In this document: in pieces, positions 30,607 to 39,693 of the stretch | How the letters are laid out: every line of letters begins with the position of its first letter | Numbering within the stretch: position 1 is the stretch's first letter | Assembly (NCBI GenBank): GCA_963845245.1 | Contig: CAWJRJ010000012.1 | Location: 85,339 to 149,338 of the forward strand | DNA from: Nitrospirota bacterium | GTDB lineage: Bacteria; Nitrospirota; JACRHJ01 | Reading direction: 5' to 3' | Length of the DNA stretch: 64,000 nt | Translations under genes and position numbers: made by a program | The notes under the pieces: model-generated | Told to the model about the DNA's origin: nothing | What the model saw: the letters and a program-made list of their open reading frames with translations, nothing else | Database searches by the model: none

Positions 30607-32289
30607 ATGGCAACAACAAATTCGCTACCGTCATCCCCGTGGAGGGCGATAATCGAGACGGCGCTTTATGCCAACTCGGTCAGGAATACGGACATGGCCG
30701 AGCTGTACAAGCTCGCGCTGAAGCAGCCCGAGGTGATATGCACCGACCATGACATGTACAACCCCGGCCAGTTCGGCCTTCCTGCCGACGCCAAGGTGCT
30801 GGTCAGCAACGACGGCAGCGTCGTAGGGCGCACTGCAAGGGCCAGGCTGCTCGTCAGGAACTTCGACAAGGAGAAGAGCGAGAAGATACAGCTTATCCTC
30901 CGTGAGGCCGTCTACCAGCTCAACAAGCGCCCCAGCCTGCACCTGGAGGGCATCGTGGGCATGTCGCCGGACTTTATGGTCAAGGCGCACCTGATAAGCC
31001 CTGAGACGGACGCCAAGAACATGCTGGACTGGGGGATGAACTTCGCCCCGTTCATGAAGCCCTGGAGCGACACGTATGCCAAGTCCCGCAAGATTAACGA
31101 GCCGGACATCCTGGCATTTGCCGACCCGGAATGGACACACCCGGAGTTCCCGCACGGCTGTATCATAATCGACGAGCTGTCCAACTGTATCGCCATCCTG
31201 GGGCTGCGCTACTTCGGGGAGCGCAAGAAGGGCACCCTGACCCTCGCATGGACGATGGGCGTGCGGCACAACATGGTCGCCTGCCACGGCGGCATAAAGA
31301 AGATAGGCAACAACCGCCCGATCGCGGTCTTCGGACTCTCGGGTTCAGGCAAGTCGTCCATCACGAACAGCCTCGACCACGAGGGTACGCTGAGGAAGGA
31401 CGAGAAGGTCACGGTCATACACGACGACGCCTTCCTGATAGACCTGGAGAACGACGTAAGCGTCGCGCTTGAGCCTTCGCTTTTCGACAAGACGGACGCC
31501 ACGAAGCAGGACGACCCGATACTGAAATATTTCTACTCCGCGCAGAACATCGCGGTCACCACGCTGCCCGACGGCAAGGGAAGCAAGAAGATAATGGTGA
31601 ACGAGGACGTGCGCAACAACAACGGCCGCTGCATAAAGAGCCGCGACATGTTCCACCACGCCGACTCCTGCGAAAGGCCGAGCATGGTCATATGGCTGCA
31701 GAAGGACACAAGCCTGCCGCCGATATGCAAGGTCAAGGGCAGCTCGCTTGCGGTCGCCATGGGCGCGTCGCTTTCCACCATGCGCGCGAAGGGCGTCGAG
31801 AACGTGGACGCGAAGGAACTCGACAAGCTGGTGATAGAGCCGTTCGCAAACCCGTTTCGGGTGCACTCGCTGCTCGAGGACTGCGAGCAGTTCAGGAAGC
31901 TCTTCAAGATGAGCTGCGACTGCTACATCATGAACACGCACGCGTTCGGCCTTCCTGAAAACCTGATCAACATACCGAAGGAGCTGTCGCTCTCGATCGT
32001 GACGGAGCTTCTGCGCGACAACATACAGTGGCGCGAGTGGAGGACATTCCACGGGCTGCAGGTACCGCAGAACGGCGCGGAGCTGTTCGGGGCGGACTAC
32101 GACAAGAAGTACAAGCCGAAGAGGAGCATCGAGTACCTGAACTTCCTTCGCGACCGCATGCAGGACAGGATAACCTTCCTGTCCAACAAGCGCGACATCG
32201 AGCACGACATGGACAACACGTTCATCGCGCCGCTGGTGCTGGCCAGGACCACGATAGACAAGATATTGAACCCGGACCTGTACGGTTAG
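30607..32289 (+). CDS. Phosphoenolpyruvate carboxykinase (ATP)-like protein, divergent subfamily
   Basis: YFGERKKG, ACHGG, FGLSGSGKS P-loop, IHDD, NNGR. Confidence 0.82.
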   Translation: MATTNSLPSSPWRAIIETALYANSVRNTDMAELYKLALKQPEVICTDHDMYNPGQFGLPADAKVLVSNDGSVVGRTARARLLVRNFDKEKSEKIQLILREAVYQLNKRPSLHLEGIVGMSPDFMVKAHLISPETDAKNMLDWGMNFAPFMKPWSDTYAKSRKINEPDILAFADPEWTHPEFPHGCIIIDELSNCIAILGLRYFGERKKGTLTLAWTMGVRHNMVACHGGIKKIGNNRPIAVFGLSGSGKSSITNSLDHEGTLRKDEKVTVIHDDAFLIDLENDVSVALEPSLFDKTDATKQDDPILKYFYSAQNIAVTTLPDGKGSKKIMVNEDVRNNNGRCIKSRDMFHHADSCERPSMVIWLQKDTSLPPICKVKGSSLAVAMGASLSTMRAKGVENVDAKELDKLVIEPFANPFRVHSLLEDCEQFRKLFKMSCDCYIMNTHAFGLPENLINIPKELSLSIVTELLRDNIQWREWRTFHGLQVPQNGAELFGADYDKKYKPKRSIEYLNFLRDRMQDRITFLSNKRDIEHDMDNTFIAPLVLARTTIDKILNPDLYG

Positions 32290-32291
32290 AC

Positions 32292-32326
32292 AAAAAAAGA
32301 GCGGGCCAGATGGCCCGCTCTTTTTT
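32292..32326. terminator. Bidirectional intrinsic terminator
   Basis: AAAAAAAGAGCGGGCCA-ga-TGGCCCGCTCTTTTTT. Confidence 0.85.
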
Positions 32327-32353
32327 GTTTTGATATTATTCAAACTGCCAACG

Positions 32354-32851
32354 CTATTTTAAAAGCATCTCGATCTTTTCCGTAAGCTCCGACTCTTCCA
32401 GCCCGCCAAAGTTCTCGTCCACGATGTAGCCTTCGCGGTTGATGAAGAATATCTCCGGTATCCCGGTTACGCCGTATGCCTTGCCGACCTTCCCCTCAGG
32501 GTCGAGCGCAAGCTTGAAGTTGATCTTGTTCTTCCTTAAAAACTCTTCTGCATCTTTTTGCGGGCTCTTCATCAGCACGCCCAGCATCTCCACGCGGCCT
32601 TTGAATCGGTCGTACACCTTATTGAAAATCGGCGCCTCGTGGTTGCAGTGCGGGCACCATGAGGCCCCTAATGCAAGCACCAGCGGTTTTCCCTTGAACT
32701 GCGAGAGTGTATACTCCTCGCCCGCTATCGAGCTTACGGAAAACTCCGGCGCAGGGTAAGGAGCTTTCTGGCCGATAGTTGCGCAGCCGGTGGCGACGGC
32801 AAGTGAGAACAACAGCGCCATCAACAAGCAGTACCTAAGTCGCGTCCGCAT
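32354..32851 (-). CDS. TlpA/ResA-like thioredoxin-fold lipoprotein
   Basis: Lipobox ATGC, APEF, ASWCPHC, YGVTGIP. Confidence 0.88.
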   Translation of the reverse strand: MRTRLRYCLLMALLFSLAVATGCATIGQKAPYPAPEFSVSSIAGEEYTLSQFKGKPLVLALGASWCPHCNHEAPIFNKVYDRFKGRVEMLGVLMKSPQKDAEEFLRKNKINFKLALDPEGKVGKAYGVTGIPEIFFINREGYIVDENFGGLEESELTEKIEMLLK

Positions 32852-32939
32852 TTTGTTGCTCCTCTCGACTGCCCTATGGTTATTCAACAACCCTTTACAT
32901 AAAATATAACATATATAATGCAGCCGCGCGGGCTGCATA

Positions 32940-33299
32940 TCAGAAGGATACTGTTGTGCTGGCGCAGGCAATGTCAACAAGCTCGCTTCCTGTGGCAAGC
33001 GTCGCGTTCGGCACCATCTCCTCCGGGCCCACCTGCCTTGAAGCCGCGCATGGCTTGCAGACGAGTATGGGGACCTTGTTCGCGACCAGGTATGCCATGT
33101 GGTCCTTGGCCTCGTCGCCGGCCGCCGACTTGATGGTGTTGACTATGCCCTCCCTCGCAATGTTTACGCCGTCGTCCATAAGGAAGAGCGTTACGTCCTT
33201 GCCCTTTTCGTGAGCCACCTTCGCAAGCTGCAGAGCGCGGCTAGATCTGTTCGGGTTGTCCATACCGTGAGAAAGTATTACGAGAAATTTGTCGCTCAT
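32940..33299 (-). CDS. DsrE/DsrF-like family protein
   Basis: LFLMDDGV, VCKPCAASR. Confidence 0.85.
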   Translation of the reverse strand: MSDKFLVILSHGMDNPNRSSRALQLAKVAHEKGKDVTLFLMDDGVNIAREGIVNTIKSAAGDEAKDHMAYLVANKVPILVCKPCAASRQVGPEEMVPNATLATGSELVDIACASTTVSF

Positions 33300-33373
33300 C
33301 TTTTGTCACCTCACATTAAGTTTAAAATTTGTTTGCACTTGTTAATACCAAAGAACTTCTAAGGCTGTCAAGT

Positions 33374-33404
33374 AAAAAGGCCGCCCTGATGGACGGCCTT
33401 TTTT
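33374..33404. terminator. Intrinsic terminator
   Basis: AAAAAGGCCG...CGGCCTTTTTT. Confidence 0.7.
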
Positions 33405-33426
33405 AAAGGTGCTACGGAAATAAATT

Positions 33427-34236
33427 TTATGGCGCCGGCTGTGTGCTTATAGGGATCGGCGTCGCGAGGTCCAACGGGAACGGGGTTAATTTAATATCCA
33501 CGCCGGATAACAGTACCTTGTGGTCTATCGTGACCTTGTGTTCGGGATCCTTTTCGTACATGCCATATGGTTCGCCCTTCTTTGGAAGTCCGCCGTACTT
33601 GATGCGCGCCGCGACGTAAAATGTTCCAGGCTGAGGTATGTACAGCGAATACTCGCCGTCCTTGTTTGTCGGCTTTGAGAGATAGGTGGGGAGGCCGACC
33701 ATCTCTTTGTCTTTGTACAAAAGTACAAACGCGCCGACCGCGGGTTTGCCTTCCATGTCATACACCTTGCCGGACAATCCCATGTCTCCCTCGTCGGGGA
33801 GATAAGGCGCGAGCAGGAAATTTCCTGCAAGCATCGCGATGGACAGGTTGACAGTGGTGTACTCGCCAGGCCGCACCGTTACTGGGTTCCCGGGGTACTT
33901 GCCCTCGTAGTCGCCTTTGACCAGGTAACCCTTCGGGTCTCCGGAGATGCGTTTGCGCGCGACAATATAATAGCTGCCGGGCGCCAGTCTGAGAGTATAC
34001 GACCCGTCCTTCGCGGTGGGTTCCGATATCAGCTTCGTGGGCACCCGCAGGTCGTTGTAGCCGGATTCGTACGCGTATACAAAGACGTCCGGCGCAGCGC
34101 CTTTGTTCTCTATCAACACCTGTCCCTTGATGCCGGAGTTCTGGTCTTGCTGTTTGACGCTGTTGGTTGTCGGTGCACATCCCACTGCGAACGACAAGCA
34201 AACAACCGCTGATGCAACCATAGCTCTAATGTTCAT
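33427..34236 (-). CDS. Lipoprotein with two carboxypeptidase-regulatory-like (beta-sandwich) domains
   Basis: Lipobox AVGC; internal repeat (T.KDG.Y.L...PG.YY+.AR twice). Confidence 0.7.
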   Translation of the reverse strand: MNIRAMVASAVVCLSFAVGCAPTTNSVKQQDQNSGIKGQVLIENKGAAPDVFVYAYESGYNDLRVPTKLISEPTAKDGSYTLRLAPGSYYIVARKRISGDPKGYLVKGDYEGKYPGNPVTVRPGEYTTVNLSIAMLAGNFLLAPYLPDEGDMGLSGKVYDMEGKPAVGAFVLLYKDKEMVGLPTYLSKPTNKDGEYSLYIPQPGTFYVAARIKYGGLPKKGEPYGMYEKDPEHKVTIDHKVLLSGVDIKLTPFPLDLATPIPISTQPAP

Positions 34237-34479
34237 AAGGCTCCTCCTTAAATTTATGTAGGAATATAACATGAGGTACACCCTTTGTCAAACACAGGCC
34301 CTGTGTACAATCCTGTGGGAAACACGATATTTATGCATCTATTCAGTAAATTATATATTGCAATTAAAAAATAATTCGATTATACTTTTTTAAATTGCAC
34401 GCATATTGAAAATTCTTTTTGTCCGATATATCGCATGCCCGTTATAACGAGGGCGACTTTTAAAGAAAGGAGGGTATGG

Positions 34480-35184
34480 ATGGCTAGGACTGAAATTGAC
34501 GAGCCGCTGTTTGTGTGCACGACGTGCGGCGCCGTCTCTTCTGAAAGGGGACATTTATGCGCCCCTGTCAAGTCCAAAGATTTGGCTGTTTGTGAATTTT
34601 GCGGAGCTGTTGCCGAGGACCCTCGGCACGTGTGCATTCCCAAGGTCATGGAGCTCAAGTACAGTTGCGAAGCCTGCGGACGTTTAGCGGTTAGCGATGA
34701 TGAGCTCTGTTATCCTGTCGCCGTGAAAGCGGCGGCACCAAAGAAAGGAGCCACAAAAATGCCAGAGCCAAAGAAGGCTGTAGCGAAGAAGCCGGCTGCC
34801 AAGAAAGCAACTGCGACGAAGGCTAAACCAGCCGCCAAGAAGGTCGCCGCCGCGAAGCCGGCCGCGAAGAAAGTAACAACTGCGTCGAAGGCAAAACCAG
34901 CAGCAAAGAAGGCAGCACCAAAGGCAGCACCGAAGGCGGCAGCAAAACCGGCAGCGAAGAAGGTAGCAGCGAAACCGGCCGCCAAGAAGGCAACACCGAA
35001 AGCAGCTCCGAAGGCAAAACCGGCTGCCAAGAAGGCGACCGCCGCGAAGCCGGCTGCAAAGAAGGCAGCACCGAAGGCAGCAGCAGCCGCAAAAAAACCG
35101 GCGGCTGCCAAGAAGGCAACCGCCGCGCCGAAGGCAAAACCGGCTGCAAAGAAGCCGGCTGCCAAAAAAGCAACAGCCAAATAG
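34480..35184 (+). CDS. Cys/His-rich metal-binding domain fused to a histone H1-like Lys/Ala/Pro tail
   Basis: GGAGG RBS; three CxxCG-x7-(H/E)xCxP repeats; about ten KPAAKK repeats. Confidence 0.8.
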   Translation: MARTEIDEPLFVCTTCGAVSSERGHLCAPVKSKDLAVCEFCGAVAEDPRHVCIPKVMELKYSCEACGRLAVSDDELCYPVAVKAAAPKKGATKMPEPKKAVAKKPAAKKATATKAKPAAKKVAAAKPAAKKVTTASKAKPAAKKAAPKAAPKAAAKPAAKKVAAKPAAKKATPKAAPKAKPAAKKATAAKPAAKKAAPKAAAAAKKPAAAKKATAAPKAKPAAKKPAAKKATAK

Positions 35185-35205
35185 CTGTACTGTACCTTTA
35201 ATTTC

Positions 35206-35246
35206 AAACCGGGCCTGTCTCTGACTCAGCCCGGTTTTTCTTTTTG
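35206..35246 (+). terminator. Intrinsic terminator of the histone-like gene
   Basis: AAACCGGGC...GCCCGGTTT followed by T-rich tail. Confidence 0.7.
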
Positions 35247-35257
35247 TCCTCAAAATC

Positions 35258-35315
35258 AAAAAAGAAAAACCCCAGGATTTTACCGCGTCTCCTGAGGCTC
35301 CGCAGCATCTACTTA
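35258..35315 (-). ncRNA. Candidate small RNA (~57 nt), family unknown
   Basis: Minus-strand TTGACA (35349-35344)-N18-TAATCT (35325-35320), then CCTCAGGA/TCCTGGGG hairpin and U-tract; no ORF. Confidence 0.45.
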
Positions 35316-35521
35316 CCGAAGATTACATCAGTCGGCTCGGCATTGTCAAGACGTTAAAATCGACTTATCAGTAATAAATATCGTTATCAATGCTAACCCT
35401 GCCCCACGCAAGGTATAAAATTTTTTTAAACTAAATTACGCTGGAAATAGTAGATAAATTAGGAAGGTTTATGATAACTGTTGTATTTACTTGATATTAA
35501 AGAGGACTGGCAGGCTTGGGG

Positions 35522-36109
35522 TCAACGCCCCTTTTTCAGTTCAAAAAGCACCTGCTTTGCAAGATTTTTCAGCGTGTCGAAGACGCCGACGCCGGTCATG
35601 GCCACGGACTCGAACGAAGGCAGACCCCTGGGGTTTAAAAGTTTGTCCATCTCCGCGACGGGAGCCACGTTAGGCAGGTCACGCTTGTTGTACTGTATGA
35701 CGTAGGGGATGTTGTCGAGGTTGTAGCCCTGTTCGGCAAGGTTGATGCGCAGGTTCTCCACGCTCTCCACGTTTGATTCCATGCGTTCGACCTGTGAGTC
35801 GGCAACGAATATGACCCCGTCCACGCCCTTGAGGATAAGCTTCCTCGATGCATCGTAGAACACCTGGCCAGGGACGGTGTAAAGATGGAAGCGTGTCTTG
35901 AAACCGCGGATCTCGCCGAGTGCAAGCGGCAGGAAATCGAAAAAGAGTGTGCGCTCCGTTTCGGTCGCAAGCGATATCATCTTGCCCTTTGCGTCGGGGT
36001 TCGTCTTCTTATAAATGTACTGGAGGTTCGTGGTCTTCCCGCATAGCCCAGGTCCGTAATAGACGAGCTTTACGTTGATCTCACGCGAGGAGTAGTTGAT
36101 AAAGGACAT
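35522..36109 (-). CDS. mglA: Small GTPase MglA
   Basis: YYGPGLCGKTTNL, TETERTLFFDFLP, TVPGQVFY, NKRD. Confidence 0.97.
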   Translation of the reverse strand: MSFINYSSREINVKLVYYGPGLCGKTTNLQYIYKKTNPDAKGKMISLATETERTLFFDFLPLALGEIRGFKTRFHLYTVPGQVFYDASRKLILKGVDGVIFVADSQVERMESNVESVENLRINLAEQGYNLDNIPYVIQYNKRDLPNVAPVAEMDKLLNPRGLPSFESVAMTGVGVFDTLKNLAKQVLFELKKGR

Positions 36110-36134
36110 TTATGGCAAGCCTTTGCTGGATTTT

Positions 36135-36629
36135 TTATCCGAAGAGGTTGTCTATGTCTTCGTCGGTTATTTCTGCGAAGGGTGAAGCTGAGACCTTGCC
36201 CTTCGACTTCTCTCTTTCGGCCTTTTCCTGGACCTGGTTGAATATGGCCGCAAGAGCTTCGGAGCTTTTTTTCACGCGCAGCCTTACCAGGCCGAGCGAG
36301 CTTCGCTGGTCGAAGATGACGACCAGTATGACCCTTTGCGCGATGATGGAGATGTGGATGTTGTCCTTCTCCCCCTCGTGGAAGAGTATGGAAAACTCCT
36401 TCTCGCCCAGAAGTTTGGCCATGCCGCCCGTAGCAGCAATGTTGCCTGCGGTCAGTGAAGCCAGCGAGGTGGTGTCGAGCCCCTTGGTTTCACCGATGCT
36501 TGCTATGAGCTGGCCGTTCTTGTCAACCAAGAAAACCACCTTGGCGTTAGACTGGCCATGGAGGCGTTGGAGTTCCGCCTCGGCAAGCTTAAACTCCTCC
36601 TCAAACATCACGAGGTCGGAACCAGCCAT
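36135..36629 (-). CDS. mglB: Roadblock-domain GAP MglB
   Basis: FLVDKNGQLI, TSLASLTAGNIAATGG, SSLGLVRLRVK, ITDEDIDNLF. Confidence 0.95.
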   Translation of the reverse strand: MAGSDLVMFEEEFKLAEAELQRLHGQSNAKVVFLVDKNGQLIASIGETKGLDTTSLASLTAGNIAATGGMAKLLGEKEFSILFHEGEKDNIHISIIAQRVILVVIFDQRSSLGLVRLRVKKSSEALAAIFNQVQEKAEREKSKGKVSASPFAEITDEDIDNLFG

Positions 36630-36773
36630 CTCTTCTCCTTGGGTTAGGTCTTATAATGCCTTATAATCAATAACATAACGCACCGTTAATTTCAAGTAAA
36701 AACTTAAGGAAATCCCTATTGACCCAATGAAGCGCTTAAGATAACCTATATATAACAAGAGGAGGGGAGCCCG

Positions 36774-37181
36774 ATGAAGACTGTTGAAATAAAGAGGTTG
36801 AAGGACGGCATGTACAGCGACCCCAAGACAGGCTGGTCGGCATACCCGTTTCAGCATAGCTCCGGAGAAGGCAGCGTCGATGTAAGGGGAGTGCACGTCG
36901 TGGCGATCTATCCGGGACAGCTTCGCGGCAACCACTACCACAAGGAGACGGAGGAACTGCTCTTCATATTCTCAGGGAAAGGCGTATTTTACTGGGAGGA
37001 GGAGCGCGGACTCATGCAGCACCAGGTAAGCGGGACGCCAACTCTCATTACCATACCAAAAGGGATCAGGCATGCTTTCAAGAACACGGGCGAAGGCGTG
37101 GTATACCTTCTGGCGGTGAGGGACGGGGACTACGACCCCAGAAACCCGGACGTCGTCAAGAGCGAGCTGGTAGAGGCCTGA
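36774..37181 (+). CDS. Cupin-domain protein (WxcM/FdtA-like)
   Basis: PGQLRGNHYHKETEE and IPKGIRHAFKN cupin motifs. Confidence 0.8.
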   Translation: MKTVEIKRLKDGMYSDPKTGWSAYPFQHSSGEGSVDVRGVHVVAIYPGQLRGNHYHKETEELLFIFSGKGVFYWEEERGLMQHQVSGTPTLITIPKGIRHAFKNTGEGVVYLLAVRDGDYDPRNPDVVKSELVEA

Positions 37182-37187
37182 GGGGGC

Positions 37188-37700
37188 TTATGAAGCCCCC
37201 AGAAGCCCTATCGCGATCTTGTCTGTCAGGAAGGACGGGGTCCTGTGTTTCTGGAAGATAAACCCGTCGAAGACCTGCTTGTCTTTTTCGTAAATGGTGG
37301 CGCGCACGGCAGGGTCATCCTGTTTGTCGCTCTTCGATGTAACGACATTTCCCCTGATTACCCAGCCGGGCAGATATGAGGTCACCTTTATGGAATAATC
37401 GGTGCCCGGCACCTTTGCCGTTTCGCCTATCCGCATCTTGAACTCTTTGACCACAAGTGTCTTGCGGTCCCCGATACCCATCGTGACGGTGTGGTACTTC
37501 GCCTTGACCGAATCCGGGACCTCTACCACCAGGTTGCTGGGCAGCGGGATAGGTTTAGGAGGAATGCTTTTGCCCTCGATGAAGCTGTTTATGTCCCAGC
37601 CGACCGTCTTTTGTTGCTGGACGTCTGATTTTTTTCCGCAAGCCCCGGTCGATACCAGGATAAGTAAAGCTGCCGTAATGATTGTTATTTTTTTTATCAT
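37188..37700 (-). CDS. DUF2155-like lipoprotein (paralog 2)
   Basis: Lipobox TGAC; VEVPDSVKAKY, IGETAKVPGT, FDGFIF. Confidence 0.7.
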   Translation of the reverse strand: MIKKITIITAALLILVSTGACGKKSDVQQQKTVGWDINSFIEGKSIPPKPIPLPSNLVVEVPDSVKAKYHTVTMGIGDRKTLVVKEFKMRIGETAKVPGTDYSIKVTSYLPGWVIRGNVVTSKSDKQDDPAVRATIYEKDKQVFDGFIFQKHRTPSFLTDKIAIGLLGAS

Positions 37701-38185
37701 TTCTTTGCTATGCCCTCCTTGAGGGTTATGGCGTACTTTGGATGAGAGAAAGCGTGGGTCGTCGGAAACTTTGCAAAAAGCCATCCGTTGAATATCTCGC
37801 TTCCGCCCTCCGCAACGACTACCTGCGCGGCCGGGTTACCGGGCTCGTTTGAAGTGGAGGTGATGCGTGAACCCTGCATTACGAAGGACGGGAAAAATTC
37901 ATTCACGGTAACCGTCATGTCTGAGCCGGGCACCTTGAACTTCTCTCCGATGTTTATTGTATGTTCCTTGGAAGTCTTCTTTTCCTTGTCCTCTATGACA
38001 AGGACGACGCCCTTCCACTTACCCTTGACGGCGGCAGGGACATCTATTACAGGCTTTCCAATGGGCGGTATGGCCTGCCCGGCGTGAGGGGCCTGGCTTT
38101 TCTCTGGCGGCTGTTTTTCGCCGCCGCAGGCGAAAATAAACGTCATGGAGAATATTGCAATGGCAGTCAAAACTGACTTCCGCAT
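37697..38185 (-). CDS. DUF2155-like lipoprotein (paralog 1)
   Basis: Lipobox IFAC; VPAAVKGKW, NPAAQV, FNGWLFAKFPTTHAFSHPKY. Confidence 0.75.
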   Translation of the reverse strand: MRKSVLTAIAIFSMTFIFACGGEKQPPEKSQAPHAGQAIPPIGKPVIDVPAAVKGKWKGVVLVIEDKEKKTSKEHTINIGEKFKVPGSDMTVTVNEFFPSFVMQGSRITSTSNEPGNPAAQVVVAEGGSEIFNGWLFAKFPTTHAFSHPKYAITLKEGIAKK

Positions 38186-38272
38186 CTTAACCTCCATACC
38201 AATAATTTTGATACTGGTAAAATGATATTTCAATTTCAAAAAAAATCAATATAAAAAAGCAGTTGAGGTCTA

Positions 38273-38310
38273 ATAAAAAAAGGCAGCCATGCATGGCTGC
38301 CTTTTTTTAT
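38273..38310. terminator. Perfect palindromic terminator
   Basis: ATAAAAAAAGGCAGCCATG-CATGGCTGCCTTTTTTTAT. Confidence 0.8.
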
Positions 38311-38324
38311 AATGTGGAGAGCGG

Positions 38325-38651
38325 TTACTTCGCCCTCTGGTATTGGTAGTTCTCGCCCATGAACGATACGCTCAGAATATCCTTGGCAGGGTCGAGCTTT
38401 GCTGTTACCTGTATCGGGCCCATCGGGATGAGAAGTGTGTTCTCGTCCTGCTTCTGAGCCGGAGTCTTGCCCTGGCTGCCCTCGTAGAAGTACTGCTCGC
38501 CTTCCTTGGTTATCTTGACTATCTTCTCGGGGCTTCCAACCATCGCCCAGTTGCCGACTATTCCTTTGCCGCCGCCCTTTGAGCATGCGGCAGTCATCAT
38601 TACTGCGGTTACGACCATGACCATGACCAAAATACCAAGCGCTTTCTTCAC
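38325..38651 (-). CDS. Small hypothetical lipoprotein
   Basis: GGAGG RBS, GTG start, lipobox TAAC, IVGNW. Confidence 0.7.
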   Translation of the reverse strand: MKKALGILVMVMVVTAVMMTAACSKGGGKGIVGNWAMVGSPEKIVKITKEGEQYFYEGSQGKTPAQKQDENTLLIPMGPIQVTAKLDPAKDILSVSFMGENYQYQRAK

Positions 38652-38741
38652 TGTTCCCTCCTGATGGATGTTGGTTGACTTTTAAATGCCTGATTTTAAA
38701 GCATGGCCCAGGCGGTTGTCAACCAATTTTTAAGTTCCGCC

Positions 38742-39173
38742 TCAGAGGGCGCAATATTTTGAATGCACCACAATAACGGGTACGAAGGCCTCGGCTATCA
38801 CCCTGCGGGTGATGCTGCCCATTACGGTGTTCATAAAGCCCTTGCGCCCGTGGGTTCCGAGCATTATTGCGTCGACGCCTTTTTCTTTGGCGACCTCCAG
38901 GATCTTTTTGTTGGGTTCGCCTTCTTTCACGACCGCCTCGGCCTTGACGCCTTCGGCCTTTGCCGCCGCCACTACGTTATCGACGACCTCACGCGCCCTG
39001 TGTTCGAGCTTCTCGGTCAGGCCGGGGGCAAGGGTCTCGAACTCGTCCGTCAGGTCGACAACCATCAATACGCAAAGCTCGGCGGAGTTTTCCTTCGCAA
39101 GCTTCAGGGCCTCCCTCTGTGCGCACATGGAGTTGGCTGAACCGTCGGTGCAGAATAGTAGTTTCTTGTACAT
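38742..39173 (-). CDS. Universal stress protein
   Basis: MYKKLLFCTDGS, GEP, LGTHGRKG, MGSITRRV; the ORF-track fusion with the upstream gene is a frameshift artefact. Confidence 0.9.
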   Translation of the reverse strand: MYKKLLFCTDGSANSMCAQREALKLAKENSAELCVLMVVDLTDEFETLAPGLTEKLEHRAREVVDNVVAAAKAEGVKAEAVVKEGEPNKKILEVAKEKGVDAIMLGTHGRKGFMNTVMGSITRRVIAEAFVPVIVVHSKYCAL

Positions 39174-39687
39174 TAATGGCCTCCAGCTGTCAGGATCCCT
39201 GATGCGGCCAGTACGAGTATCAGCGATCTCGACTACAGCCATCACTACGTAAGGGGTATCCTTTTTCTTTATCAGGATCGGTATGATCCTGAGATACGCC
39301 ACTATGGTAAGGCCGGCCAGAAAAGCGATGCCGATAAAGTTGATGAAGTCGCCGTGGCTTACAAGGTTTACCCAGCCCCAGCCCTGCGGGAGGCTGGCTT
39401 CTTTCATGTAGTCATGGGCCTTCATCGTCCAGAAATGCGGGAGCTGCTCGATCGGTATTACCGGCTCCAGCACCTTCGTGACATAGAGGAAGAAGGTCGT
39501 GACCATGGTGGCCAGGCCTATATAGGTCCCGTAGCTAAGCAGGTTGGCGTATGTGACCTGCTCCTCGGACGCCGCCGTGGTGGTGTCTACGGCAACGGAC
39601 GCCGCGGTAGTGTCGAATTCCCTGTTGAGGGATATACGTGGCCTGAAGGGCCTCTTCGGACGATTCGTTGTAAGTTGCTCATTTCAT
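39173..39687 (-). CDS. DUF1634-like membrane protein (frameshifts near both ends)
   Basis: EEQVTYANLL, PQGWGW, GDFINFIGIAFLA; corrected end ...ILVLAASGILTAGGH* with TAATG coupling to usp. Confidence 0.75.
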
Positions 39688-39693
39688 TGCCTC

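Noticed and set aside
34730..35181. Short repeats (aaaccggctgccaagaag) as a CRISPR array or DNA tandem repeat
   Set aside because: They are in-frame KPAAKK codons with synonymous variation and no unique spacers; no cas genes are present.
35258..35349. c-di-GMP or other known riboswitch
   Set aside because: It lacks the conserved aptamer motifs I know and has no downstream gene on that strand.
38742..39506. Apparent membrane protein-USP fusion ORF
   Set aside because: A single extra base hides the DUF1634 stop (…TAGGH*, TAATG coupling); it is an artefact.
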